From a virus, in IMG/VR virus record IMGVR_UViG_3300026521_000463, positions 29,353-93,352 of that record: a DNA stretch of 64,000 nt. One strand, given 5' to 3'. Positions 56,049 to 64,000 of this stretch are shown piece after piece (the first letter of the stretch is position 1; every line of letters begins with the position of its first letter). The notes below the pieces were generated by a model. It had not been told where the DNA came from. It saw only the letters and a program-made list of their open reading frames with translations, and made no database searches. The translations under genes were made by a program, and so were the position numbers.

Positions 56049-56636
56049 TCATAGTGAATAAGAAATATTTGGCATTTTATTCATTCCTAAATATGTTTTA
56101 TCATTCATATAAGTTGAAATTTTTTTGGATGCTATAAATTCAACTAATTTATAAAAATGTTTATTAAATTCTTTATGAAATTTTTTATTTCTTACTAACG
56201 GTTTTTTAGTTAAAGCAATACCTAAATTTTTCTTAGTTGTTTCATTTATAACCACAGCATTTTTGGTATTTAATACATAAGCAAAATAATACTTAAACGA
56301 AGGGTCTGATGAATACACTTTTACAGGATAAGTATCATAAATTTTTATGAATTTTTCTTTAAGTGATTTTTTATAAGGTATTTGTAAGATTTGAATGTAT
56401 TTATATCTTTTAGTTTTTTTTGTTTTTTTATCAAAATGTGCTTTGCTTTCAACTAAAAAGTAAAAAGTAGCAAGTCCTTTAAATTCACTACCAGCAGAAT
56501 CTATTTCAATAGACCATCCCTTGTATTCAATTTTACCCAATTCTCTTTTTCTTTGATTTATAGGAGTTTTAAACATTGTGTTTTTAGTTGCTTCTTTTAA
56601 ATCTCTAATAGTCAATGATGATTGCACATAACTCAT
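56049..56636 (-). CDS. Basic protein with a Cys-less SWIM-like pattern
   Basis: VKVYSSDPSFKYYFAY...P.VRN......NKH. Confidence 0.55.
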   Translation of the reverse strand: MSYVQSSLTIRDLKEATKNTMFKTPINQRKRELGKIEYKGWSIEIDSAGSEFKGLATFYFLVESKAHFDKKTKKTKRYKYIQILQIPYKKSLKEKFIKIYDTYPVKVYSSDPSFKYYFAYVLNTKNAVVINETTKKNLGIALTKKPLVRNKKFHKEFNKHFYKLVEFIASKKISTYMNDKTYLGMNKMPNISYSL

Positions 56637-56839
56637 TGTTTTTCCTCATTTATTTTTTCATAAATTTTTATAATTTTATCAATTTTTGTATCAATTTCGT
56701 GAAAATTACCTGATAAATCTTGAAAAGCAATAATTTCATCATCAAAATCAGTAACAATTTTTTTTACTGATTTATTGAATGATTTCTTTAAGAGAAATTT
56801 TATTTCTTCTTCATTTAGTAGTATTCCGTTAAGTGTCAA
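56633..56839 (-). CDS. Hypothetical protein
   Basis: GGAG RBS. TTAAATA at 56859-56865. Confidence 0.5.
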   Translation of the reverse strand: MTLNGILLNEEEIKFLLKKSFNKSVKKIVTDFDDEIIAFQDLSGNFHEIDTKIDKIIKIYEKINEEKQ

Positions 56840-56865
56840 TTTTTACTCCTTTTAAATTTATTTAA

Positions 56866-59800
56866 TTACATTGTATCAACAGCAGTCCATAAAATTTTCC
56901 ATTTATTATTTTTAGCAACATTTAAAGCATCTCCAGGTTTATACTCTAAATATATTCTAAAACCATCTTTTGAGGAGTTATATATAGATGTGTATCCTAC
57001 TGCTTGCCAATTTCCTGAATTTCCTTGTAATGATGTGAAATACTTTACATTATCCGAAAATCCAAATTCAGAAGTATCAATATCCATATATAATGAAGTG
57101 TCAGAATTATATTCCTTCCATTCATCATTTTCACCTGTTTCAATTCTTGTAACATTATTTGAAATAATACCTCTATTATCTTTCATATCCACTAATGAAA
57201 TATATTCAACCCCGATATAATTATCTGTCAAAACATTACTAACAATTTCAATCTTATCATTTCCGTTAGCAACAAATTTTATTCTTATTATTGATGTTGT
57301 AAAATAATCATTATTGAATTTCTTATAAGCATCGGCATTTTCATTTTTTTCAAGACCTTCTATTGATAATATATTTTTTTGAATATGATATAAATTTTCT
57401 TTTGTATAGTTATAATTTAATGAACTTAAATTTTTTGTATCTGCTAAACTTAAAGTATCTCCAAAAAACTTTTCGCCATTTATTAAAACTTTGAAAACAT
57501 CAGTAACCTTAGTTTCATTATTCGTAAAATGAACTTTTAAATCAAGTGTATAAATGTTTCCTTTAATTAAATTTTTTTCAAGAGTTATTGTATTATTTTT
57601 CATAATTAAAGCATTGAAATTTTTAGAAATTATTTCTTGATTTTTAATTGTATTTGAAATATCCCAATTACCTACATAATTATCTGAGATAATCTCATAA
57701 TCTATTTTTTCAATTTTTAAATCTTTTAAGAATAAGTTTTCATTATTGAAAACTTCATTTAACCCATTATAAAAATACATTTCTTGTTCTTTATCAAGCA
57801 ATAATTCATAATTAAATGAGCATAATAAATCATTTCCAGATGATAACATTTTAACATAATTACTTAAATTAAATCCGGCATCTGAAAAAATTGCCCAAGG
57901 AACATTATAAGATAAATTTTTATCATTATAACCACCATATTTGCCTGTATCTTCATATAATTTTAAATCATTTAATTTAATCCCAAAAATTTCAGAATCC
58001 CAACTACCTGATAATATATAATCAAAAGATAATTTATAGTATTCTCTTTTATAAGGTTTAAAATTTATAAATGATTTACCGTAATTATCATCTCCGTTTT
58101 CATATCTTTTGGGCAAATTAAAAAATGTTTGTCCTGAATAATATAACATATTCGTTACAGGTAATTTTGAACTTGAATTATAAATATCAGTTTCAATTAT
58201 TTCAGATACATCAGTTTTAAATTCTTTTAGAATTTTTTCATCATTTTCTAAATTTCTGAAAAAGATATCATAATAAGCGACAGGACTATTTGTCCATAAT
58301 TCTAAAATACTATTTCCTGAATTTGGAATATCAACCGTAAAAATATACCATCTATATTTTTGTGAAGGTGTTCCATTTGCTGTTATTTCTGTTTTTTTAT
58401 AGTTACTTTTTCTTTTCACAACAAGGTAATTGACATATGAATATGAGGAATTGCCATCATTATACCATTTTACATTTCCATACTCGTCATAATCTATTCT
58501 CAAATAAGCACCAGCAGTATAATCCCCATTAGGCTCTGAAACATTTGTTAAATCGCTTGCCCACCAACAAGGTGACCCGTCTTTAACTCTCCATCCATCT
58601 TTGCCCATTTTATCTGAATTTAACGGTTTGTATGATGAATTCACTGCTCTTGTATTATAAATACCTAAAGGCCCCATCAAACCAGGTTTACCTATTGAGT
58701 TTAAATAATCTTTTGCTTTATCAAATTCATCTTTACTTCTTGGGCAAAATAATTCCCAACCATCATCTAATAAATCTTGTGAAATTTCATCAGTATAATA
58801 TCTTAAAGTATTGCCATTTTCTACAAGTTTGAACTCATCAATATCATCAGGACCCATTGAAGTATTTGAAAAAATATCAACAACTGAACATCCGTTCTTT
58901 AAAGTTGCTGTCATTCTTTCAGTCCCTTCAAAATCATATGTTAAAATACCTACTTCATATTTACCTTGTTTTAATCTTGGAATTTCAAAAATTGCCGTAT
59001 TGTTATTTGTATAGTATCTATAAGCAGGGGCATCCCCAACATTTGAAGTTGAAAAGTGATTGTTATTGTAATAAGGGTAATTACCTTTATACATATCGCA
59101 TTCACTTCTCGCTTGGAAACTTGAATTAAAATCCTCAATATCTGAAACTTCTACATAAGCAGCATTCGGAAAATGATTATAAGGTTCAATAATATCTCCG
59201 TCTTTGTAAATTTTTAAGTTTGCTAAACCTTTTCTGTCACCTTGATAATTGTATAATTTTACATCAATATAAGGTTCTGTTTCAGGCATTTCATCTAATA
59301 GAAAAGACAAGTCTTTTCTAAAAGTATAATTTGCCCACCCACTTGTGCTTGTAGATGTGTTTAATTGAATATACTCACCTGTTTTAGTGTTATATAATCT
59401 TATATAAGTTGTCGTTTCCGTATCACGCTGTGAAAATTGAATAACAGATGTTTCACATAATGCTCTTCTCGGAACTTTTATAATGATTGAAGTATTGCTA
59501 CTTAAAATAGTCCCATCGTGAATGAAAGCATTATTAGGTTTATAATGTCCAAAATGATTGTTTAATTCAATAATTTTCTTAACTATTTCATCTGTTACTG
59601 GATGAATAAATGACTCTAATTTATCAGATAAATACTCGCATTTTTCATTTATTTCATCTTCAAAATCTTGTTCTTTTTGTTCTAATTCAGATTCATCATT
59701 TTCAACTTTTGATAATTTGTCGTCAAAATCTAAAATTGTATCGTCAATTTTTTTATTTATTTCATCAATTTTATCTAAATAAGATTGTAAAGTATCTAAA

Positions 59801-60051
59801 TCAGCGAAATTATTGACATAAGCAATAATCCTATCGTATTCATTTTGAATATCATCTAATAATTTTTCATAATCATTTAATACTGAATCTATAGATTCAA
59901 CATCAAGATTTTTTATATTATCAAGATATATTAAAATTTTATCAAAAATATCTTTTATAGTGTTATCGTTTTTATCATAATAAAGGAGTGCCTCAGCAGG
60001 CACCTTGTCGTCAGTATCTCTATTATAAATATAATCTGTTTTTATAGGCAT
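56866..60051 (-). CDS. Large fibre/receptor-binding-like protein
   Basis: Shared N-terminal motif, then coiled coil, then beta-sandwich-like domains, a SEPNGDY motif and a C-terminal GFRIY domain. Confidence 0.6.
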   Translation of the reverse strand: MPIKTDYIYNRDTDDKVPAEALLYYDKNDNTIKDIFDKILIYLDNIKNLDVESIDSVLNDYEKLLDDIQNEYDRIIAYVNNFADLDTLQSYLDKIDEINKKIDDTILDFDDKLSKVENDESELEQKEQDFEDEINEKCEYLSDKLESFIHPVTDEIVKKIIELNNHFGHYKPNNAFIHDGTILSSNTSIIIKVPRRALCETSVIQFSQRDTETTTYIRLYNTKTGEYIQLNTSTSTSGWANYTFRKDLSFLLDEMPETEPYIDVKLYNYQGDRKGLANLKIYKDGDIIEPYNHFPNAAYVEVSDIEDFNSSFQARSECDMYKGNYPYYNNNHFSTSNVGDAPAYRYYTNNNTAIFEIPRLKQGKYEVGILTYDFEGTERMTATLKNGCSVVDIFSNTSMGPDDIDEFKLVENGNTLRYYTDEISQDLLDDGWELFCPRSKDEFDKAKDYLNSIGKPGLMGPLGIYNTRAVNSSYKPLNSDKMGKDGWRVKDGSPCWWASDLTNVSEPNGDYTAGAYLRIDYDEYGNVKWYNDGNSSYSYVNYLVVKRKSNYKKTEITANGTPSQKYRWYIFTVDIPNSGNSILELWTNSPVAYYDIFFRNLENDEKILKEFKTDVSEIIETDIYNSSSKLPVTNMLYYSGQTFFNLPKRYENGDDNYGKSFINFKPYKREYYKLSFDYILSGSWDSEIFGIKLNDLKLYEDTGKYGGYNDKNLSYNVPWAIFSDAGFNLSNYVKMLSSGNDLLCSFNYELLLDKEQEMYFYNGLNEVFNNENLFLKDLKIEKIDYEIISDNYVGNWDISNTIKNQEIISKNFNALIMKNNTITLEKNLIKGNIYTLDLKVHFTNNETKVTDVFKVLINGEKFFGDTLSLADTKNLSSLNYNYTKENLYHIQKNILSIEGLEKNENADAYKKFNNDYFTTSIIRIKFVANGNDKIEIVSNVLTDNYIGVEYISLVDMKDNRGIISNNVTRIETGENDEWKEYNSDTSLYMDIDTSEFGFSDNVKYFTSLQGNSGNWQAVGYTSIYNSSKDGFRIYLEYKPGDALNVAKNNKWKILWTAVDTM

Positions 60052-60077
60052 TTATTGTCCTTCATTTTTATAAAAAT

Positions 60078-60782
60078 CTAAGATTTGAATCCTACAATTG
60101 ATTGAAGTTTAAATTTTTTTGAATTTTCTAAATCTAATCCATCAATATACACTCTAAAACCATAAGTTCTAGGATATACATTATTTGGAGTAATATAGAT
60201 AACATCATCTGTTTCAGAATTTAAAGATAATAATACTTTATAAGAATCATCAATTTCATAATTAACATCTATATAAACTGATGTGTCATTATAATATCTC
60301 CACTCGTCTGAAACAATGCAATTTATCTTATGTTCTGTTAAACTTTTGATATTATTAAATGAATCAATTTCATCGCTCATTTCATCAACTTTATTATTAA
60401 CATAACCTTTAAAATTTTCCATTTTTTGGATTAAATCTGAAAATTTATTTTCTAACACTTCAAATCTATTGTTATAATCGTCTATAGAATCATCAATTTT
60501 TGTATCTTCAAGATTATCTATTTCAGATTTTAAAGTAGATTCATTTTCTTTAAAATTTTTTTCTAATTCATATCTTTCTTTATACTTATTTAAAACATCT
60601 TTAAGATTTCTATATTTATCAAAAATTATTTTAATTTTGCCAATAAAATCTAATTGTGATTGAATTAAAGGAATGTCTATATCACCTGATAATGTTTTAA
60701 AACCTTCATCATAGAACAATAAATCTGTTATATCTTTTGAATGCTGACTTAGGCAAGTGTCAATAGAATCCGTTCTAATCAT
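60078..60782 (-). CDS. Short paralogue of the fibre-like proteins
   Basis: Same N-terminal motif, coiled coil and C-terminal GFRVY domain as 56866-60051. Confidence 0.6.
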   Translation of the reverse strand: MIRTDSIDTCLSQHSKDITDLLFYDEGFKTLSGDIDIPLIQSQLDFIGKIKIIFDKYRNLKDVLNKYKERYELEKNFKENESTLKSEIDNLEDTKIDDSIDDYNNRFEVLENKFSDLIQKMENFKGYVNNKVDEMSDEIDSFNNIKSLTEHKINCIVSDEWRYYNDTSVYIDVNYEIDDSYKVLLSLNSETDDVIYITPNNVYPRTYGFRVYIDGLDLENSKKFKLQSIVGFKS

Positions 60783-60785
60783 AAT

Positions 60786-61214
60786 TTAACCTTTATATTT
60801 AGGTAATAATTCTAATAATTCAATTGCTTTATCATCAGGTTGAATTGAATTTGAAATTTCTTCGTATGATTCATAAACTTCATCTACCCATTTAGATATT
60901 TTATTTGCTTCATCAGCATATATTTTAACATTTTTACAATATAATAGGTCAGATAAATCATCATAGTCAAAATGATTTAAAACTGCTCTGATATATTTTG
61001 AAACTTCATTAGAAAATTTTTCTTTTATTATTTTTATTTTTTCATTATCATTTTCTTTTTTTAACTTTTCACAAAAAACAAGACTATTATTTTCAACTTT
61101 ATAATTATACCAATCTTCAGGTAAATTTTTAACTAAAATTGAAGGTTTGTCTTCTAATTTTTTTTCGCTTATTCCTGTAATAAAACCATCCTCATTAAAA
61201 TAAATAACCATCAC
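60786..61214 (-). CDS. Putative fibre assembly chaperone
   Basis: IYFNEDGFITG N-terminus and YDDL...Y..EA..I..W.......LP tail. Directly follows a fibre-like gene. Confidence 0.5.
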   Translation of the reverse strand: MMVIYFNEDGFITGISEKKLEDKPSILVKNLPEDWYNYKVENNSLVFCEKLKKENDNEKIKIIKEKFSNEVSKYIRAVLNHFDYDDLSDLLYCKNVKIYADEANKISKWVDEVYESYEEISNSIQPDDKAIELLELLPKYKG

Positions 61215-62386
61215 ACAACCCCTTCAACTTTCCAACCAAGAATTTTAACAGATATAGAAGAAACTTGTGATAAATTTCTTGAAATCCCATCTGACAACCC
61301 TGCGATATATCCATATTTATCATTATTTTTGGTATAAACTTCAACATATAATTTTGAATCATCAAAACTCAAAAACATACCAGAAGAATTATCTCTTCTG
61401 TCGTCATCTGTATAACTTGAAAACACCCCAAATTGCATAATTTCACCTGAACTCCATTTCATATAACCTATAAAAAAAGCATTTCTCCCTAATGGATTTG
61501 TTATTGTTTTACCGCTCCTATCGACCGTAAACCACCCACTATCAAATGAAGGAGTTGTAATACCTCCGCTCATTTCTGATAATGTTTTAGGTGTTCCTCC
61601 ATTATGAAAAATAAGTTCCGGAGAATCTATAATAACTGCTGCTTTTGATTTTAAAACTGCTACATCAGATGTGTTTCCTTGGGCATCGTTCTCAATGCCC
61701 ATAATTATTGCTGAATTTTCATCTGAATCACCCCAATAGTTATAATCGTTATTGTCAGATTCATATCTTAAATAACCATAATCCGACCCTTCATTTGTGT
61801 CTGAATTAAATTTTAATTCAGTTTTTCCGTCTTTATTTTTAAAAGTCAGACCACCTGTTTCAAGATTTTTTGAATTATCAAAATAAGGTTCTAAATTATC
61901 ATTTAGATTCTCTATATCACTTTTATTTTCAGCAATACCATCTGAATTTTCATCTATTTTATCATTCATATCTGAAATAGTTGAATCATAAGTGTCTTTA
62001 AAATCATCAAAAATTTTAGCATTCAATTTTAATTCATCTAATGAATTTATTTTATCTTCTAATTCTGAAACTTTATCATTTAATGCTGAATTGTCGTCAG
62101 AAGTTGAACTTATATCATTTTGAATCTCATTTATCAAATCTCTAATATCATTTAATTCTGTTTCAACTTCATTAAAATATTCTTCATCAGTTTTAACTTT
62201 TATAAATGTTTCTAATTCATCTATTTTTGATTCAATATCAGTTAAAGACATTGAAACATTAAAAACTTCATCTCCATTAACCTGATAGATTTTTTTTGTC
62301 TTGCCATCATAATATAACATTGATTTTAATTCGACTGTATGAAGACTATCACAAGTTTCTAATTCGCAAGTTTTTATAGACATCAT
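61211..62386 (-). CDS. Fibre-like protein
   Basis: Shared N-terminal motif, acidic coiled coil, and PSFDSGWF-type C-terminal head. Confidence 0.6.
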   Translation of the reverse strand: MMSIKTCELETCDSLHTVELKSMLYYDGKTKKIYQVNGDEVFNVSMSLTDIESKIDELETFIKVKTDEEYFNEVETELNDIRDLINEIQNDISSTSDDNSALNDKVSELEDKINSLDELKLNAKIFDDFKDTYDSTISDMNDKIDENSDGIAENKSDIENLNDNLEPYFDNSKNLETGGLTFKNKDGKTELKFNSDTNEGSDYGYLRYESDNNDYNYWGDSDENSAIIMGIENDAQGNTSDVAVLKSKAAVIIDSPELIFHNGGTPKTLSEMSGGITTPSFDSGWFTVDRSGKTITNPLGRNAFFIGYMKWSSGEIMQFGVFSSYTDDDRRDNSSGMFLSFDDSKLYVEVYTKNNDKYGYIAGLSDGISRNLSQVSSISVKILGWKVEGVV

Positions 62387-62667
62387 AATCCTTTAATTTT
62401 TTCATAATAACTATCTAAATAATTTTGTATATAACTTTCTTTCTTTTTATATACTTCAAGATTTGATAATAGTTTATTTTTTTCATTGTAAGATTTTTTA
62501 TTTTTTAAATCCTCAAATAATTTATCATAATCAAGTTTTAAATCCATGTGCAAAAGTTTTTCCATTGAAGATTCAAAATTATATTTTTCTTTTAATTCAT
62601 CAATTTCATTTCTATTACTTGAAACTTTTTCATTTAATTCTAAAAAACTCTCATAAATAGTTTTCAT
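62383..62667 (-). CDS. Hypothetical helical protein
   Basis: Operonic ORF. Confidence 0.5.
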   Translation of the reverse strand: MKTIYESFLELNEKVSSNRNEIDELKEKYNFESSMEKLLHMDLKLDYDKLFEDLKNKKSYNEKNKLLSNLEVYKKKESYIQNYLDSYYEKIKGL

Positions 62668-62703
62668 TTTTTGCCTTTATTTTTAATTAAGATGTAACAA
62701 GGA

Positions 62704-62991
62704 TTAAAATCCTGTTACATAAACTGAAATCATTTTACAATCTTTATAAACTTTTTTTGATTGTAAAGTGTCATTTTGCATCTCAGGAACTTCACCTTGT
62801 GAATCACCCATCCCATCCGAAGGCATCGTGCTACTTGATGTGCCATCACCTAATGGTAAGTCTCCTCCTCCAGAATTTGTAGAACTATCATCAACAGGGA
62901 CATTATTGTCTGTTTCAGTTGATGAACTATCATCTGAAGGTGTCCCTTCTGTTTCATTTGTATTATCTAAAGGTATTTCATTTTCTTCCAT
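62704..62991 (-). CDS. Acidic, low-complexity (likely disordered) protein
   Basis: S/D/T/G-rich body with a short C-terminal beta strand. Confidence 0.55.
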   Translation of the reverse strand: MEENEIPLDNTNETEGTPSDDSSSTETDNNVPVDDSSTNSGGGDLPLGDGTSSSTMPSDGMGDSQGEVPEMQNDTLQSKKVYKDCKMISVYVTGF

Positions 62992-63021
62992 AATTTATCC
63001 TTTTAATTTATAAATCAAGGT

Positions 63022-63999
63022 TTAAAAACCTTGATTTTCTTGACCCATTGTGCTATATGAATTATCTTGACTTATTAAAGTATTTTCAACACCTACATTC
63101 GCAACTTCAAACCCATCTTCATATAAAGGAGAATTTAATTTAGTTGTATAAATTTCACTTGCTTCCTCATTATCAAAATTACCATTTCCTGTAACCATAG
63201 GAATGTATCCATCTTTTATTTCGTCAATAAAGTAAATTCTATATTTACCTTCAGAAATTCTTTTAACACCCTTAACACCATAACCTTTTATGATTGAGCA
63301 CCATCCGTCTTCATCATAATTTGTCCCGTCAAAAATTACGGCAATTTTATTAAACCTCATATCAGTTTTATCTGCCTTAACCTCATCAAGTCTTTTTTCT
63401 TCCGAAGTCGCTCTTGTTATTTCATTATTAAGTTTTTCATCAATTTCGTTTTCTTTAGAAGTTGCTCTATTAACTTCATCTGATAAATCTTCATTTAATT
63501 GATTTTCAACTCTTTGTGCTCTATCTGATTCTTCTTCAATTGAAACTCTTAACTTGTTTTCTTCGTCAATCGCTCTACTTCTTTCAACTGAAATTTCATT
63601 TGACAATTCATTTTCTCTTTGAGTTGCTCTAGAAGTTTCATTTGTAATTTTATCTTCTAAGTCATTTTCTTTAGAAGTTGCTCTATTGATTTCGTCGTCA
63701 AGTCTTTTATCAAGAACATTAACTTCATTTACTAATTCAGTTTCTTTAGAAGTTGCTCTATTAACTTCATTATTTAATTGGATTTGTAAATCTTCATCTT
63801 TTGTTTTTGCTCTATTGATTTCATCATAAAGTATTGATTTGATGTTTTCTTCTTCAGAAGTTGCTCTATTAACTTCATCATCTAATTTCTTTTCAATTAA
63901 ATCTTCTTTAGAAGTTGCTCTATTGATTTCATCATCTATTTTAGAATTTAATCTTGAATCTTCATCAACACTTCTATTGATTTCATTTGATAATTTTTC
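63022..63999 (-). CDS. Fibre-like coiled-coil protein with 18-aa repeats, partial (starts beyond the window)
   Basis: The frame is open from 63999 (the ORF-track start at 63606 is internal). Repeated E(I/V)NRATSKE, C-terminal head GVKGVKRISEGKYRIYF. Confidence 0.75.
   Translation of the reverse strand, partial: EKLSNEINRSVDEDSRLNSKIDDEINRATSKEDLIEKKLDDEVNRATSEEENIKSILYDEINRAKTKDEDLQIQLNNEVNRATSKETELVNEVNVLDKRLDDEINRATSKENDLEDKITNETSRATQRENELSNEISVERSRAIDEENKLRVSIEEESDRAQRVENQLNEDLSDEVNRATSKENEIDEKLNNEITRATSEEKRLDEVKADKTDMRFNKIAVIFDGTNYDEDGWCSIIKGYGVKGVKRISEGKYRIYFIDEIKDGYIPMVTGNGNFDNEEASEIYTTKLNSPLYEDGFEVANVGVENTLISQDNSYSTMGQENQGF
63390..63985 (-). repeat. Coding tandem repeat, about 54-nt period
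   Basis: agaagttgctctatt recurs several times and encodes NRATS. Confidence 0.8.
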
Positions 64000-64000
64000 A

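Noticed and set aside
119-63013. Numerous plus-strand ORFs of 60-150 aa in the ORF track (e.g. 308-550, 3447-3746, 44618-44941, 53322-53765)
   Set aside because: They are antisense shadows of well-supported minus-strand genes, rich in S/F/L/I and without RBS. Only 16182-16673 and 19783-20802 are accepted on the plus strand.
63390-63985. Regularly spaced DNA repeat resembling a CRISPR array
   Set aside because: The period is a multiple of 3, the frame is open, variation is codon-like and the 'spacers' are mutually similar. It is a coding repeat.
1-64000. Stop-codon reassignment, tRNA genes or rRNA genes
   Set aside because: Conserved genes are full length in the standard code and coding density is high. 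I saw no GC-rich cloverleaf in the short intergenic gaps (tRNAscan not run).

Overview
This window is a very AT-rich, gene-dense segment of a large lytic myovirus (contractile tail). Almost all genes lie on the minus strand and use the standard genetic code. The left ~38 kb is a T4-superfamily replication, transcription and accessory region: GroES, HD-kinase, DNA methyltransferase, DNA ligase, phosphoesterases, PAAR, a primase/SF2-helicase-like fusion, Cas4-like nuclease, DsbA, gp4, gp41, gp62/59/33/44, gp46/47, a three-piece type II topoisomerase, a DNA-modifying glycosyltransferase and a gp55-like sigma factor. The right ~26 kb is a virion module: tube, sheath, neck, major capsid, protease-scaffold, portal, terminase and fibre-like proteins. 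The best-supported highlight is a terminase large subunit fractured inside its Walker A motif by an atypically split intein (27-aa IntN, 140-aa IntC, Cys1 / Thr+1), with an orphan gene between the halves and different promoter classes upstream of each half. Other highlights are a candidate Csx20-like ring nuclease (possible anti-type III CRISPR), a topoisomerase split at a non-T4 position, a gp55 with a ~90-aa insertion, three readable promoter classes, a long RNA duplex in the capsid mRNA leader, and apparent avoidance of GATC/AGCT/GTAC/ACGT. A Campylobacterota host is an inference only. All family calls come from motif recognition by eye; no database searches were run.
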